IMG/VR virus record: IMGVR_UViG_3300027874_000022
Span: 1-39,434 of that record
Length of the DNA stretch: 39,434 nt
Direction: 5' to 3' (one strand)
Source of the DNA: a virus
Taxonomy: Duplodnaviria; Caudoviricetes
In this document: positions 26,623 to 35,357 of the stretch, piece after piece
Layout of the letters: every line of letters begins with the position of its first letter
Position numbering within the stretch: position 1 is the first letter of the stretch
Notes under the pieces: generated by a model
Databases searched by the model: none
Seen by the model: the letters and a program-made list of their open reading frames with translations, nothing else
What the model was told of the DNA's origin: nothing
Position numbers and translations under genes: made by a program

Positions 26623-27018
26623 CTAGAACCTCACGCCGCTGTTGACCACGATCACGGCCGGGAAATTTCTGCGCAACAGTGCCTTGTAGCGCATGCCGTA
26701 CTGGGTCTGATTGTAGTCGGTGAGTTGATCGGCTGATGGCCAGGGCGGCGTGGACCAGCTGATATTGAGCTCTGGCGTACCCTGACTGGACTTGATCGCC
26801 CCGGTGCCGCTGGCTCCGCGCATCAATGTCAGCTGCAGCATATGCGCGGCGTAGAGCTGGACTCCGAGCTGCAAATTCTCGTCGTCGATCCAGTAGGTGC
26901 CATCAGTGCCGCAGGCGACCCTTGCCTCCTCGATGGCGAACTCGATCTCGCCGTCCTCGAAGCGGCGGAATTGCTTGAAGCGCATCTTCATGCTGGAGGC
27001 GGTCGGCAGATCAGTCAT
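26623..27018 (-). CDS. Head-tail adaptor (DUF4054-like)
   Basis: K.RF.QF...I...IEEA, LYAAHML, QTQYGMRY..L motifs; ATGA overlap at 27018. Confidence 0.75.
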   Translation of the reverse strand: MTDLPTASSMKMRFKQFRRFEDGEIEFAIEEARVACGTDGTYWIDDENLQLGVQLYAAHMLQLTLMRGASGTGAIKSSQGTPELNISWSTPPWPSADQLTDYNQTQYGMRYKALLRRNFPAVIVVNSGVRF

Positions 27019-27398
27019 GGCGTGTTCTCCGTCGCCAACACTGTCATGATCCCCCACGAGCCGCCGATGATCTCGCCGCTGGCGTTCTGGATTGTGGCTT
27101 CGTGATAATAATTTCTCAGCATGGCGAGGGTGTCCGCAGTGTGCATCTGCACCGTGAAGCTGAGGGGCGAGTCGATGCCGACAATATCAGGCGTTGGGCT
27201 CTCAAGTGAACTCTTTGCGATCAGTAATTCGTCCCGCTTGGGGATACCTTGAAACTGGCTATAGACGTTCCAAAAAATTTTTGTGTCAACCAGCGACGGT
27301 GTTACGATGGGATTGACGATGAATGTGATGACCTGATTGTACCCGGCAGGTATTGAAAAATTCTGCGGTGTCATCATTGAAACGGTGATGCCGTTCAT
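27015..27398 (-). CDS. BppU N-terminal-like Ig-fold fibre adaptor
   Basis: F.I.AG....ITF...FTVQM..ADT..L...YYHEA.I....GE.....G.MTV pattern. Confidence 0.55.
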   Translation of the reverse strand: MNGITVSMMTPQNFSIPAGYNQVITFIVNPIVTPSLVDTKIFWNVYSQFQGIPKRDELLIAKSSLESPTPDIVGIDSPLSFTVQMHTADTLAMLRNYYHEATIQNASGEIIGGSWGIMTVLATENTP

Positions 27399-30300
27399 GG
27401 GTCCACCTTTAGCTTCGGGTCGATCCTCGATGCTTCTAGCACAGCATCAGGCTTCGACGCTTCCAGCTCAGCGCTGGTTTTGGACGCCTCCAGCTCGGCG
27501 ATAGTCCTCGACGCTGTCAGCTCGGCGCTGGTCTTCGAAGCTATCAACTCAGCGCTGGTTTTGGACACTTCCAATTCGGCGCTGGTCTTCGAGGCCAACA
27601 ACCCGACACTTGGTCTCGACGCCGCCAGCTCGGCCTGGGTCTTCGAGGCCAACAGTGTAGCGCTGATCTCCCAAGCTCTGAGATACTTGAAGCGTGGTCG
27701 CGCCTTAACAATGGCTGTTGCAAGCCGGATAAACTGACTTATCCCCAGACTTATCTCGATCACGAAGGTGGTGACGTGGTGAACGCTGGCCTGGAAGGCG
27801 ACTGCAATCGACGTGCTAAGCGTGATGGTGACGCCCGTGAGCGCCGCGGCGAGGAGCTTCACGTTCTGCGGCGACTGCACCAAAATTCTGCGGGCACTCA
27901 TTCTCCGCAACGTGACCAGCTCGTCTTGGCTCAGCGTAATAGTCTTGGCCGCTCGCTCGATCAGGCTGATATTTTGCGTCGTGAGCAGCATCGTGCTGAC
28001 TGTCTTCGCCGCCGTTCTCACGACCGTCACGGTCTCGCCGATCAGGATCACGCGGGTGCGCGGGAAGGTGTGCCGAAGGATCAGGCTCTCGCCCTGGCTG
28101 ATGGTGATGGTCGCATGGCGGAGCCCACCACCGAGCCCAAGGGTGACCAGCTCCGCGGTCGAGACCTGGATCAAGTGCCCCATCCTCCGGGCGAGGCTCA
28201 CCAGCGAGCTTTGGGCGACCGTCAGGGTGATCTGATGCGCCGCCCTAGCTAGCAGCGTGACGGCCTCGCCCTGCGTCAGGACGATGGCACGTAGCTTGGT
28301 CTGGACCCTCGCCAGGGTGACCAGGGAGGGCGAGGCGATGGTGATCAGCCGGGTCCTGGCCACGGAAAGGCCAAGGGTTACCACCTCGGGGATTGCGACC
28401 AGGATGGTGCGGAAATGGGCCGCCCGTGCCGTCAGGGTCACCAGCTCGGACTGCAGCAGCTGGATGGTGCGCCGGTAGGCTGATCTTGCCGTCAGCGTGA
28501 CCGCCTGCGCTTGCGAGATCAGGATGGTCTGCGATGCCAGCCGCCTGAGCGTCACCAGCTCGCCAATCGATACCGTGATCGTCCGCAGGAACGCCTTGGT
28601 TGCGGCGAGCGTAACCAGCTGGGAACTGGAGATTAGAATGGCCCTAATGTGCTTCGCCCCTGCAGTCAGGGTGACAAGTGACGGCATGGCCAGGGTAATT
28701 AGCCGCCGCGTGCTCCGTAACAGGCTGATCGATTGCGGAGACAGGACCGTGATCACCAGCTTGCCGGAAGCGAGTGGGATCAGCGTCACCAGTTCGCCTA
28801 TGGCGACCAGGATGGTCTTGGCCGATGTCCTCGTCAGCGTGACGCTCTGACCAATCGAGATCGAGAGCGTCCGCAGCGCGCTCCGCACTCGCGATAGCGT
28901 TACGGCTTGGGCCTGCAGGATCGAGATCAGCGCCTGCTTTGATGACTTAAAAGTCAACGTCACCAGCTCGGCCTGGGTGAACACGATAGTCTTCGTGTAC
29001 TGGATTGCCCCACTGATGTACTGGGTGGCCAGCGTTACAAACTCACCGATCTGCACCGTGATCGTACGCTGCAACCGGCGCAGTGCCGACAATGTGACCA
29101 GCTGCCCCGTGCTGACCAAGATTGTGCGCAACGCCGCCTTGATCGCCGTCAGTGTCACGAGCTGAGGCTGACTGAGCAGGAAGGTGCGCGACAATGATAA
29201 TCGCATCGCCAGCGTCACGAGCTGGTTAGTCATCACGTTGATCAGCACCTGACCTTTGCCGAGATAGCTGAGCGTCACTCTCTCTGGCCATGCGATGGTG
29301 AAAGTGCGAGACAACGACAAGCGCATCGCCAACGTAACCAGCTGATTGGTCGCCACCAGGATGCCGCGCACGCTCTTGCGAGCGAGTGTGACGAGCTGGC
29401 CCTGTCCAAGCGTTATCGTCCAGACGTGCGCACCGACTCGTGTCAGGGTGACGAGCGACGACTGCGTGACAGTGATCGTCTTGAGCGCAGCCTTCATTGC
29501 ATTGAGTGTGACAGTCTCCCCAATGCTGATGATCAAAGCCTGGATATGCGCAGCCGATCTAGCCAGCGTCACCGACGAGGACTGCGACAAGCTGATTGTT
29601 CTGAGCGCCGTCTTGATCGTGCTGATCGTCACGCTTTGCGCGATGCTGGCGGCAATCGAGACAGAATGAGCTGCGCGCTCGACTAACGTCACCAGCGACG
29701 ACTGCGCCACCGTGATCAGCCGCAATGCGGCCCTGAGCATGGTCAATGTGACCGTCTCGCCGATGCTGATCACAATGGTGCGCGGATGAAATGCGCTCCT
29801 CGCAAGCGTCACCAGCTCCGCGATGGTAACGACAATAGCCTGCTGGGCCTGCTTGATCCGCGCTAGCGTCACCGCCTCGCTCTGGGATATGGCAATTGCC
29901 AGGGTATGAAATGCCGTGCGCGCGAGAGTGATCAATTGCGCCGTAGCCACGCTGATCGCTTGTCTGGCCTGCTTCAATCGCGCCAGCGTCACGAGCTGGG
30001 CCTGGGCCACATTGATTGCGGCTGGATGCGCCGCCAGCCTTATGAGCGTGACCAGCTCCCCAATGCTGACCTGAATGGCGGCAATTGCCTGCTTGATGCG
30101 GGCCAAGGTGACAGCCTGGGCCTGGGCGATGGTGATATTGGCGAAGTGCGCAGCGGTACGGACTAAGGTGACGAGTTGCGCCGAGCTGATCGTGATGGTG
30201 CGCAGCGCGCGCTTGATCGCGATCAGCGTCACCGTCGATGGCTGGGTGATGAGAATAGTGCGGAGATATCGCCCAACCTCCGCCAGCGTCACGAGCTGGG

Positions 30301-31624
30301 CCTGCAGTACCGTGATTGTCTTAGTGAACTGTTGCGTTCCTGAAATGAACGTCGGGACCAGCGTCACCAGCTCCGCGATGCTGATGGAGATGGTGCGTAG
30401 AGCGGCCTTGACCCGCGTGAGCGTGACCAGTTGCGATGACAGGATAGATATCGTGCGCCGGTACAGCTCAGTTTCTGTCATCGTGACGAGCTGAGCTTGC
30501 AGCACCGTGATGGTTCGCCGATAGAACTCAACCTCCGTCATGGTCACGAGCTGCGCCTGGAGGATCGTCTCAGTATTGGCGATGGCCCTCCGCAGGGTGA
30601 CGAGCTGGGCTTGCGTGATTTGCACCGGCTGCGATTTGGCAGCAAGACGCACGAGCGTGACCAGCTGACCATGTGCGCTAGTGATCGCTCGCGAGACAGC
30701 CTTGGTCCTGGTCAGGGTGACAAGTTGGCCGAAGGGGGCTGTGATCGTGCGCCGGTAGAACTCCGTCTCCGTCATGGTGACAAGCGGCGCTATGACGACA
30801 TTGATCGTTCTCCGATAGAGTTCCGTCTCTGTCATCGTAACGAGCTGGCCCTGCAGAATTGTCTCGGTATCGACAATCGCCTTCCGCAGCGTAACCAATT
30901 GGCCATGGGCGCTGGTGATGGTCTTTTGCACGGCCTTCAATCGTGCCAGCGTCACAGTCTCGGCGATGGATATTAGGATTGTCCTGAGCCTCGATGTCAG
31001 CGTTGTCAGCGTAACAAGCTGCGCTTGAGCGATAGTCTCGGTATCTCTGATCGCCTTCAACAATGAAACCAGCATGCCCTGACTGATGCTGATGTTCCTC
31101 AGCGTTGCCTTGATGCGCGCCAGCGTCACTGTTGACGGATGCCCACTAAGGATCGTGCGCGGCAGTCTTTTGCTGATGGTTACCAACTCACCGATCTGCA
31201 CTGTAATCGTGCGACGATAGCTTTCGATCTCCGTCATCGTCACGAGCTGCGGGGTCGAGACCAGGATAGTACGGAGATATTTCCCGATCCCGGTCACGGT
31301 CACGAGCTGGCCAATCGAGACGCTAATTGCCTTCCCGACGCTCTTGATGCGCGCCAATGTGACCAGCTCTGCGCTCGATACAGTGATCGTCCGCAGTACG
31401 CTTTTGATCCTGGCCAGCGTCACTGACTGCGCCAACGCAACAGAGATCGTCCGCCGCGCCGTCAATTTCGGCTGGACTAAAGATGCTGAGAGTTTCTGCG
31501 AGCTTTGATTGATCTGGACTTGCGAACCGGCGGCATTGGTGACAAGCGTCCCCGATCTATCGGTTACCCAGATATTCGGATCGTCGGGCGCAACAACATA
31601 GAGAGTGATCAGATATTGTGTCAT
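27395..31624 (-). CDS. Giant beta-repeat fibre-like protein (1409 aa, about 62 repeats of 20 aa, consensus xRxxAxxRTIxISQAQLVTL)
   Basis: Repeats read directly from the translation; start at ATG 31624 (GAGG RBS, ATGA overlap with the methyltransferase). Confidence 0.75.
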   Translation of the reverse strand: MTQYLITLYVVAPDDPNIWVTDRSGTLVTNAAGSQVQINQSSQKLSASLVQPKLTARRTISVALAQSVTLARIKSVLRTITVSSAELVTLARIKSVGKAISVSIGQLVTVTGIGKYLRTILVSTPQLVTMTEIESYRRTITVQIGELVTISKRLPRTILSGHPSTVTLARIKATLRNISISQGMLVSLLKAIRDTETIAQAQLVTLTTLTSRLRTILISIAETVTLARLKAVQKTITSAHGQLVTLRKAIVDTETILQGQLVTMTETELYRRTINVVIAPLVTMTETEFYRRTITAPFGQLVTLTRTKAVSRAITSAHGQLVTLVRLAAKSQPVQITQAQLVTLRRAIANTETILQAQLVTMTEVEFYRRTITVLQAQLVTMTETELYRRTISILSSQLVTLTRVKAALRTISISIAELVTLVPTFISGTQQFTKTITVLQAQLVTLAEVGRYLRTILITQPSTVTLIAIKRALRTITISSAQLVTLVRTAAHFANITIAQAQAVTLARIKQAIAAIQVSIGELVTLIRLAAHPAAINVAQAQLVTLARLKQARQAISVATAQLITLARTAFHTLAIAISQSEAVTLARIKQAQQAIVVTIAELVTLARSAFHPRTIVISIGETVTLTMLRAALRLITVAQSSLVTLVERAAHSVSIAASIAQSVTISTIKTALRTISLSQSSSVTLARSAAHIQALIISIGETVTLNAMKAALKTITVTQSSLVTLTRVGAHVWTITLGQGQLVTLARKSVRGILVATNQLVTLAMRLSLSRTFTIAWPERVTLSYLGKGQVLINVMTNQLVTLAMRLSLSRTFLLSQPQLVTLTAIKAALRTILVSTGQLVTLSALRRLQRTITVQIGEFVTLATQYISGAIQYTKTIVFTQAELVTLTFKSSKQALISILQAQAVTLSRVRSALRTLSISIGQSVTLTRTSAKTILVAIGELVTLIPLASGKLVITVLSPQSISLLRSTRRLITLAMPSLVTLTAGAKHIRAILISSSQLVTLAATKAFLRTITVSIGELVTLRRLASQTILISQAQAVTLTARSAYRRTIQLLQSELVTLTARAAHFRTILVAIPEVVTLGLSVARTRLITIASPSLVTLARVQTKLRAIVLTQGEAVTLLARAAHQITLTVAQSSLVSLARRMGHLIQVSTAELVTLGLGGGLRHATITISQGESLILRHTFPRTRVILIGETVTVVRTAAKTVSTMLLTTQNISLIERAAKTITLSQDELVTLRRMSARRILVQSPQNVKLLAAALTGVTITLSTSIAVAFQASVHHVTTFVIEISLGISQFIRLATAIVKARPRFKYLRAWEISATLLASKTQAELAASRPSVGLLASKTSAELEVSKTSAELIASKTSAELTASRTIAELEASKTSAELEASKPDAVLEASRIDPKLKVDP
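27420..27655 (-). repeat. Nine degenerate 27-bp coding repeats (ASKTSAELE)
   Basis: ASKTQAELA ASRPSVGLL ASKTSAELE VSKTSAELI ASKTSAELT ASRTIAELE ASKTSAELE ASKPDAVLE ASRIDPKLK; boundaries approximate. Confidence 0.8.
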
Positions 31625-32286
31625 TTCCTCTGATACGCAGCCCAGAACGTTCCATTCTGCATCCATCCCGGCGCAATAGCTTCATCCAACTTCTGTTTGA
31701 AGGTAATCGAATCAAACCCATGATCCAGGATCATTTCGTTGACATCGATGCCGTCGTCGGCCCACTCACCGCCCTCGACCGGCAGGCAGCGGGTGTGATT
31801 GTTGACCACGAACAGCTTGCCCTCCGGCTTCAATACATACGCGATTCGGTTCAATGCATCTCGCAGATCGATGCAGTGTTGCAGCGCCCACACCGCGATC
31901 ACAGCGTTGAACTTGTTGGCTTGGCCGAAAAATATGAGATCAAACATCGACGGATCACAAGCGATGAACGCAGCGCTATCGACCAGCGAGGTGGCCAGCG
32001 CTCGCATGTTGGGCGAGATATCAACCCCAACCACCTTGCAATCGAGCTTCTGGATCAACGGTTTCGACAAGCGGCCAATGCCGCAACCATAATCGAGAAC
32101 CAGATCGCCCTGATTGATATATGGTTCCATCAGAGCGATCAGCGCTGGAGTTTCCTCGTCCCAGCGCTGCTTGACGGTCATCCCCTCAGTCGGGGTCACG
32201 ATGATGTGGGCAGCTTCCTCAACGGTCTCGATATCGATGAAGCGAGCCGGATCGTAGGCAACTTTCTTTAGCTCCGGCATCAGCAT
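31621..32286 (-). CDS. Class I SAM-dependent methyltransferase (small-molecule/glycan type)
   Basis: VLDYGCGIGRL, VVGVDISPNM, WALQHC, VLKPEGKLFV; no DNA-methyltransferase catalytic motif. Confidence 0.85.
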   Translation of the reverse strand: MLMPELKKVAYDPARFIDIETVEEAAHIIVTPTEGMTVKQRWDEETPALIALMEPYINQGDLVLDYGCGIGRLSKPLIQKLDCKVVGVDISPNMRALATSLVDSAAFIACDPSMFDLIFFGQANKFNAVIAVWALQHCIDLRDALNRIAYVLKPEGKLFVVNNHTRCLPVEGGEWADDGIDVNEMILDHGFDSITFKQKLDEAIAPGWMQNGTFWAAYQRK

Positions 32287-32295
32287 TGTTGACTC

Positions 32296-32628
32296 CTATG
32301 AGATTGATATCGGTGGCGGTGCCGACGGTGGATCGGTGTTGTGCTGCTGCACCGAATTTGTCGTGGCATTCATGAACCCATTAAACCATGCCACAAACAT
32401 CTGCAATGCGTTGATCGTCACCGGTGGAGGATTGGCTCCGACAAGTTGCATGTTGTAGGTGGTCGCGATCCAAGACAGAATCTGCTGCGCATCGGCATCG
32501 CTGATCGTATATGTCTTCGTGCCATTGATCCCACCGCCTGCTGGCCAGTTGATGTTGCTCGGCCAATTCTTCGGAGCCGTCGCTGGCAGAGCTGCGAAGC
32601 CGCTCGATGTAATCGCCATCGTTCCCAT
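32296..32628 (-). CDS. Hypothetical protein
   Basis: GAGG RBS before ATG 32628; operon context. Confidence 0.55.
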   Translation of the reverse strand: MGTMAITSSGFAALPATAPKNWPSNINWPAGGGINGTKTYTISDADAQQILSWIATTYNMQLVGANPPPVTINALQMFVAWFNGFMNATTNSVQQHNTDPPSAPPPISIS

Positions 32629-32635
32629 TGTTTCC

Positions 32636-34108
32636 TCATGCCACGTCGTGAACCTTGAAGTAGCTGCCGATCTTGACGGCAGTCGCCGTCGCATTACTGG
32701 TGTTCTGCGCCGCGCGCACCGTCAGAGCGCCACCCGCGTTCACGGTGATAAGACCCTTGATGATCACAGTACCCGCCGTGCCGACGATGGTCGAAGAGGC
32801 AACCACAGTGTTCATCGCTGTCGCCTGCGCGTTGCCCTTGATGCCGTTGTTGCCGCTGTCAACGATCCAGCCGTCGTAGATGATTGCTGTGGCTGTACAG
32901 GTGCCACCGATGGTGCATTGGATGCCGCCCGCAGCCGCGCAGGTAAACGAGAGGTGTGCCTCGAACGCATAGGTGCGGCCAGCCGCAACGGTGACGTTCA
33001 AGCCTGAGACAACGGTGATGGTGGTATTGCTCGTCCAAGTAACGTCCGCCCCAGAAACACGCTTGAGTCCACCCCATTGAAAAAAACCGGTGATGTCCGC
33101 TGCGGTGCCGTTACCAATGCCGACAACACCGGCCGCGATCCGTGACCAAGCGGTGTCTAAAGTACCGTTGCCGTTACCGCTCGTCCATCCCCAGCGCCAA
33201 GCGCTCGGACCCTGCGCATATCCCGTGGAACCGCCGAGCTGGAGTGATGATGTGCCTGTCGCGTTCTGAATATTGACCGCGCTGCCGGTGTCAAAGACAA
33301 TGTTGGCTGATGGTGCTTGTAAATAAAGATCACGCGGCGTACCGGTTCCGCTCGCTTGTGTTCCGATTGTCAATCTATTACTTGATGCGGCCCAGTCAAA
33401 GATTCCGCGCTCATAGTTCAAACTATCCGTGTAAGTATTATAGACACGGAAGGTTTGCGCGCTTGTGCCGTTTCGCTCTGCGATGGTGTTGGCTGCGTCT
33501 CGGAACAGTTTTGTGTCCGCCGCTTGCGTTGCATCCGCCGAACTGTTTGACCAGCCGATTCCGTAATCGGACGCTACCTGTAAGAATCCCGCTGACCCTG
33601 ATGTGAGCGCCAATCGCGTTGAAGTACCGTCATAGAAGCCGAACGTCCCCGCCGTGTTCATTGCGATGTCGTAAGTGTGGCCATTTGAATTCAAAATAAA
33701 ATCGGCGTTCCCTGTTGCCGATGTGTTGCCAATGTTAATTGTTGTCCCAGAATCAGAACGGCGGATGATGCTGAACGCTGTTGCACCCCCGGCTTGGAAA
33801 TCTGCGATCTTTGATCCGGTCGCATATGCCGTCTGAGTGATGTTGACCAAGATGCCGGTGAACGTGACGCCGCTCGCGTTCCAAGTCTGCGCCAAATTCA
33901 AAATCGGGTCGTTGACGGTAGTTGTCGCGTTGCTAACGGTAACGGAGCCAATCGGATCAACGTTGAATTGCGACACGCCGCCGGTCTGCAAGTCCAGCAG
34001 CTTCGACGCCGCCGCATAAGCGGTGGCGGTCACGTTCATCCGAATCGCGGTGAACGTGGTCCCGCTGGCGTTCCAGGTATCGGTGAGATTGTTAAGAGGG
34101 ACGCTCAC
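32636..34108 (-). CDS. Gly/Thr/Ala/Ser-rich fibre or spike protein
   Basis: Duplicated TWNASG.TFT.I..N.T.TAYA..SK..D.Q.GG block; C-terminal beta-sandwich (AAGRTYAFEAHL...LTVRAAQNTS...GSYF); GTG start at 34108 inferred. Confidence 0.7.
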   Translation of the reverse strand: MSVPLNNLTDTWNASGTTFTAIRMNVTATAYAAASKLLDLQTGGVSQFNVDPIGSVTVSNATTTVNDPILNLAQTWNASGVTFTGILVNITQTAYATGSKIADFQAGGATAFSIIRRSDSGTTINIGNTSATGNADFILNSNGHTYDIAMNTAGTFGFYDGTSTRLALTSGSAGFLQVASDYGIGWSNSSADATQAADTKLFRDAANTIAERNGTSAQTFRVYNTYTDSLNYERGIFDWAASSNRLTIGTQASGTGTPRDLYLQAPSANIVFDTGSAVNIQNATGTSSLQLGGSTGYAQGPSAWRWGWTSGNGNGTLDTAWSRIAAGVVGIGNGTAADITGFFQWGGLKRVSGADVTWTSNTTITVVSGLNVTVAAGRTYAFEAHLSFTCAAAGGIQCTIGGTCTATAIIYDGWIVDSGNNGIKGNAQATAMNTVVASSTIVGTAGTVIIKGLITVNAGGALTVRAAQNTSNATATAVKIGSYFKVHDVA

Positions 34109-34295
34109 TGCCGTTCCCCTGGTGGGATGGCGGCTGTTGTATCTGCTGCTGCGCAAACTGCGCTGCTATCATAATCTTCTGATCAATCGGGATAGCAACC
34201 TCGGCCGCGCGCATGCCGTTGGCGCGCACCGCCGCATCGAGCAGGCCGCGCAGATTCAATGCTTCTTGCTCAGTTAGCTCAAGAACGATGTTCAC
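34092..34295 (-). CDS. Small helical fibre-associated protein
   Basis: LELTEQEA..L.GLLDAAVRA.G..AA; GAGG RBS. Confidence 0.6.
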   Translation of the reverse strand: MNIVLELTEQEALNLRGLLDAAVRANGMRAAEVAIPIDQKIMIAAQFAQQQIQQPPSHQGNGSERPS

Positions 34296-34302
34296 GTCAG
34301 CC

Positions 34303-34698
34303 TCAATGAGTGATGATGGTGATATCGCTTCCCGAAGCCGACACTACCACGAAGCATCCAACCTTGAACGGCCACGGAGTGACCACTGCCACATTCACGG
34401 TGCTCTTCGAAACATCGATCACAGCCATGACCGTGCCAGTGGCATCCGTGCCATCGTAGATCGTCATGGTTCCGACTGCTGCCGTATTGATGCTGATGGT
34501 GGAAATCCATCCTCCACCAACCTTAATCAGCGTGCTGCCGTTAGCCGCGATGTGAGTGACGGCCGCCCCGCGCGGATCAGGCGTCAACCAAACCGGGTTG
34601 GCATTTCCTGGGACCAGATTCGGAACTGTTTGTGCTGCAGCTGTGCCAGTGAAAACCAGCGCCGCGAGCAGCGCTATTAGGTGAGCTGGTCTTTCCAT
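34303..34698 (-). CDS. Small beta-rich protein with a predicted Sec signal peptide
   Basis: MERPAHLIALLAALVFTGTAAA|Q. Confidence 0.55.
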   Translation of the reverse strand: MERPAHLIALLAALVFTGTAAAQTVPNLVPGNANPVWLTPDPRGAAVTHIAANGSTLIKVGGGWISTISINTAAVGTMTIYDGTDATGTVMAVIDVSKSTVNVAVVTPWPFKVGCFVVVSASGSDITIITH

Positions 34699-35357
34699 GT
34701 GAACAGGATGCTGTCGTTGTTGTTGAGCGCGATGCCTGCGAAATCCGCATGAGCGAACAGGCTACCGCCCTTCGCCGTGGTGTTGGCGTAGGTGGCGGTC
34801 TGGGAACCGAGCGCGGCATTTGTGTTTGCCAACCCATCCGCCCCGCTGGTGGCCGTCGCGCCAACTGCGTGCGCGGCAGAGGTGGAGCCGAGTTGTGCGC
34901 GGACAACCGTGAGAGTCGTGCCGCCCTGGCCAGCGGTGACCAGCTCAACCTCATTTTCCACCTGAATGTAGAAGTTTCCGCTCGCTGGTCCAATGGTGGC
35001 CGCCAGCGTGATGGTGGTCGCTGCCGCCGCTTGCGACGAAGTCGCGATGGTCGTGGTGCTCGCCGCGGTCGTGGTGTCAAACAGTCCCGCCTCGGTGATG
35101 GTCTTCGCGTTGGTGGCAGTTATCGTGCCGGTCACCTGATAGGTGTCGGCCAGGAACGAAGTCAGCACTAACGATGAGGTGCCAGCCACCCGCGCCTCGG
35201 TCTGCGGTCCAAACAAAGCCACGTCACTGTTGGCGCTGGCCGTGGTAGCACCTGATCCCCATCCGATATTCTTCGGCTCAGTGGGCGATCCTGCTGCCTT
35301 GACGAATGCCCAGATCAGAGACCGGCCGGGAAACGTTGCGACTGCACTGTTAGCCAT
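34677..35357 (-). CDS. Collar/fibre attachment protein (DUF3751-like) with an inserted domain
   Basis: IGWGSG......SDVALF....EARVAGT, ITEAGLF, F..IALN.NDSI.FTW; GGAGG RBS before ATG 35357. Confidence 0.6.
   Translation of the reverse strand: MANSAVATFPGRSLIWAFVKAAGSPTEPKNIGWGSGATTASANSDVALFGPQTEARVAGTSSLVLTSFLADTYQVTGTITATNAKTITEAGLFDTTTAASTTTIATSSQAAAATTITLAATIGPASGNFYIQVENEVELVTAGQGGTTLTVVRAQLGSTSAAHAVGATATSGADGLANTNAALGSQTATYANTTAKGGSLFAHADFAGIALNNNDSILFTWKDQLT

Noticed and set aside
27420-27655. 27-bp repeats as a possible CRISPR array
   Set aside because: Units are contiguous, degenerate, in frame and lack spacers; no cas genes in the window.
31621-32286. Methyltransferase as a DNA methylase
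   Set aside because: No DPPY/NPPY or PC motif; short class I fold located among virion genes.
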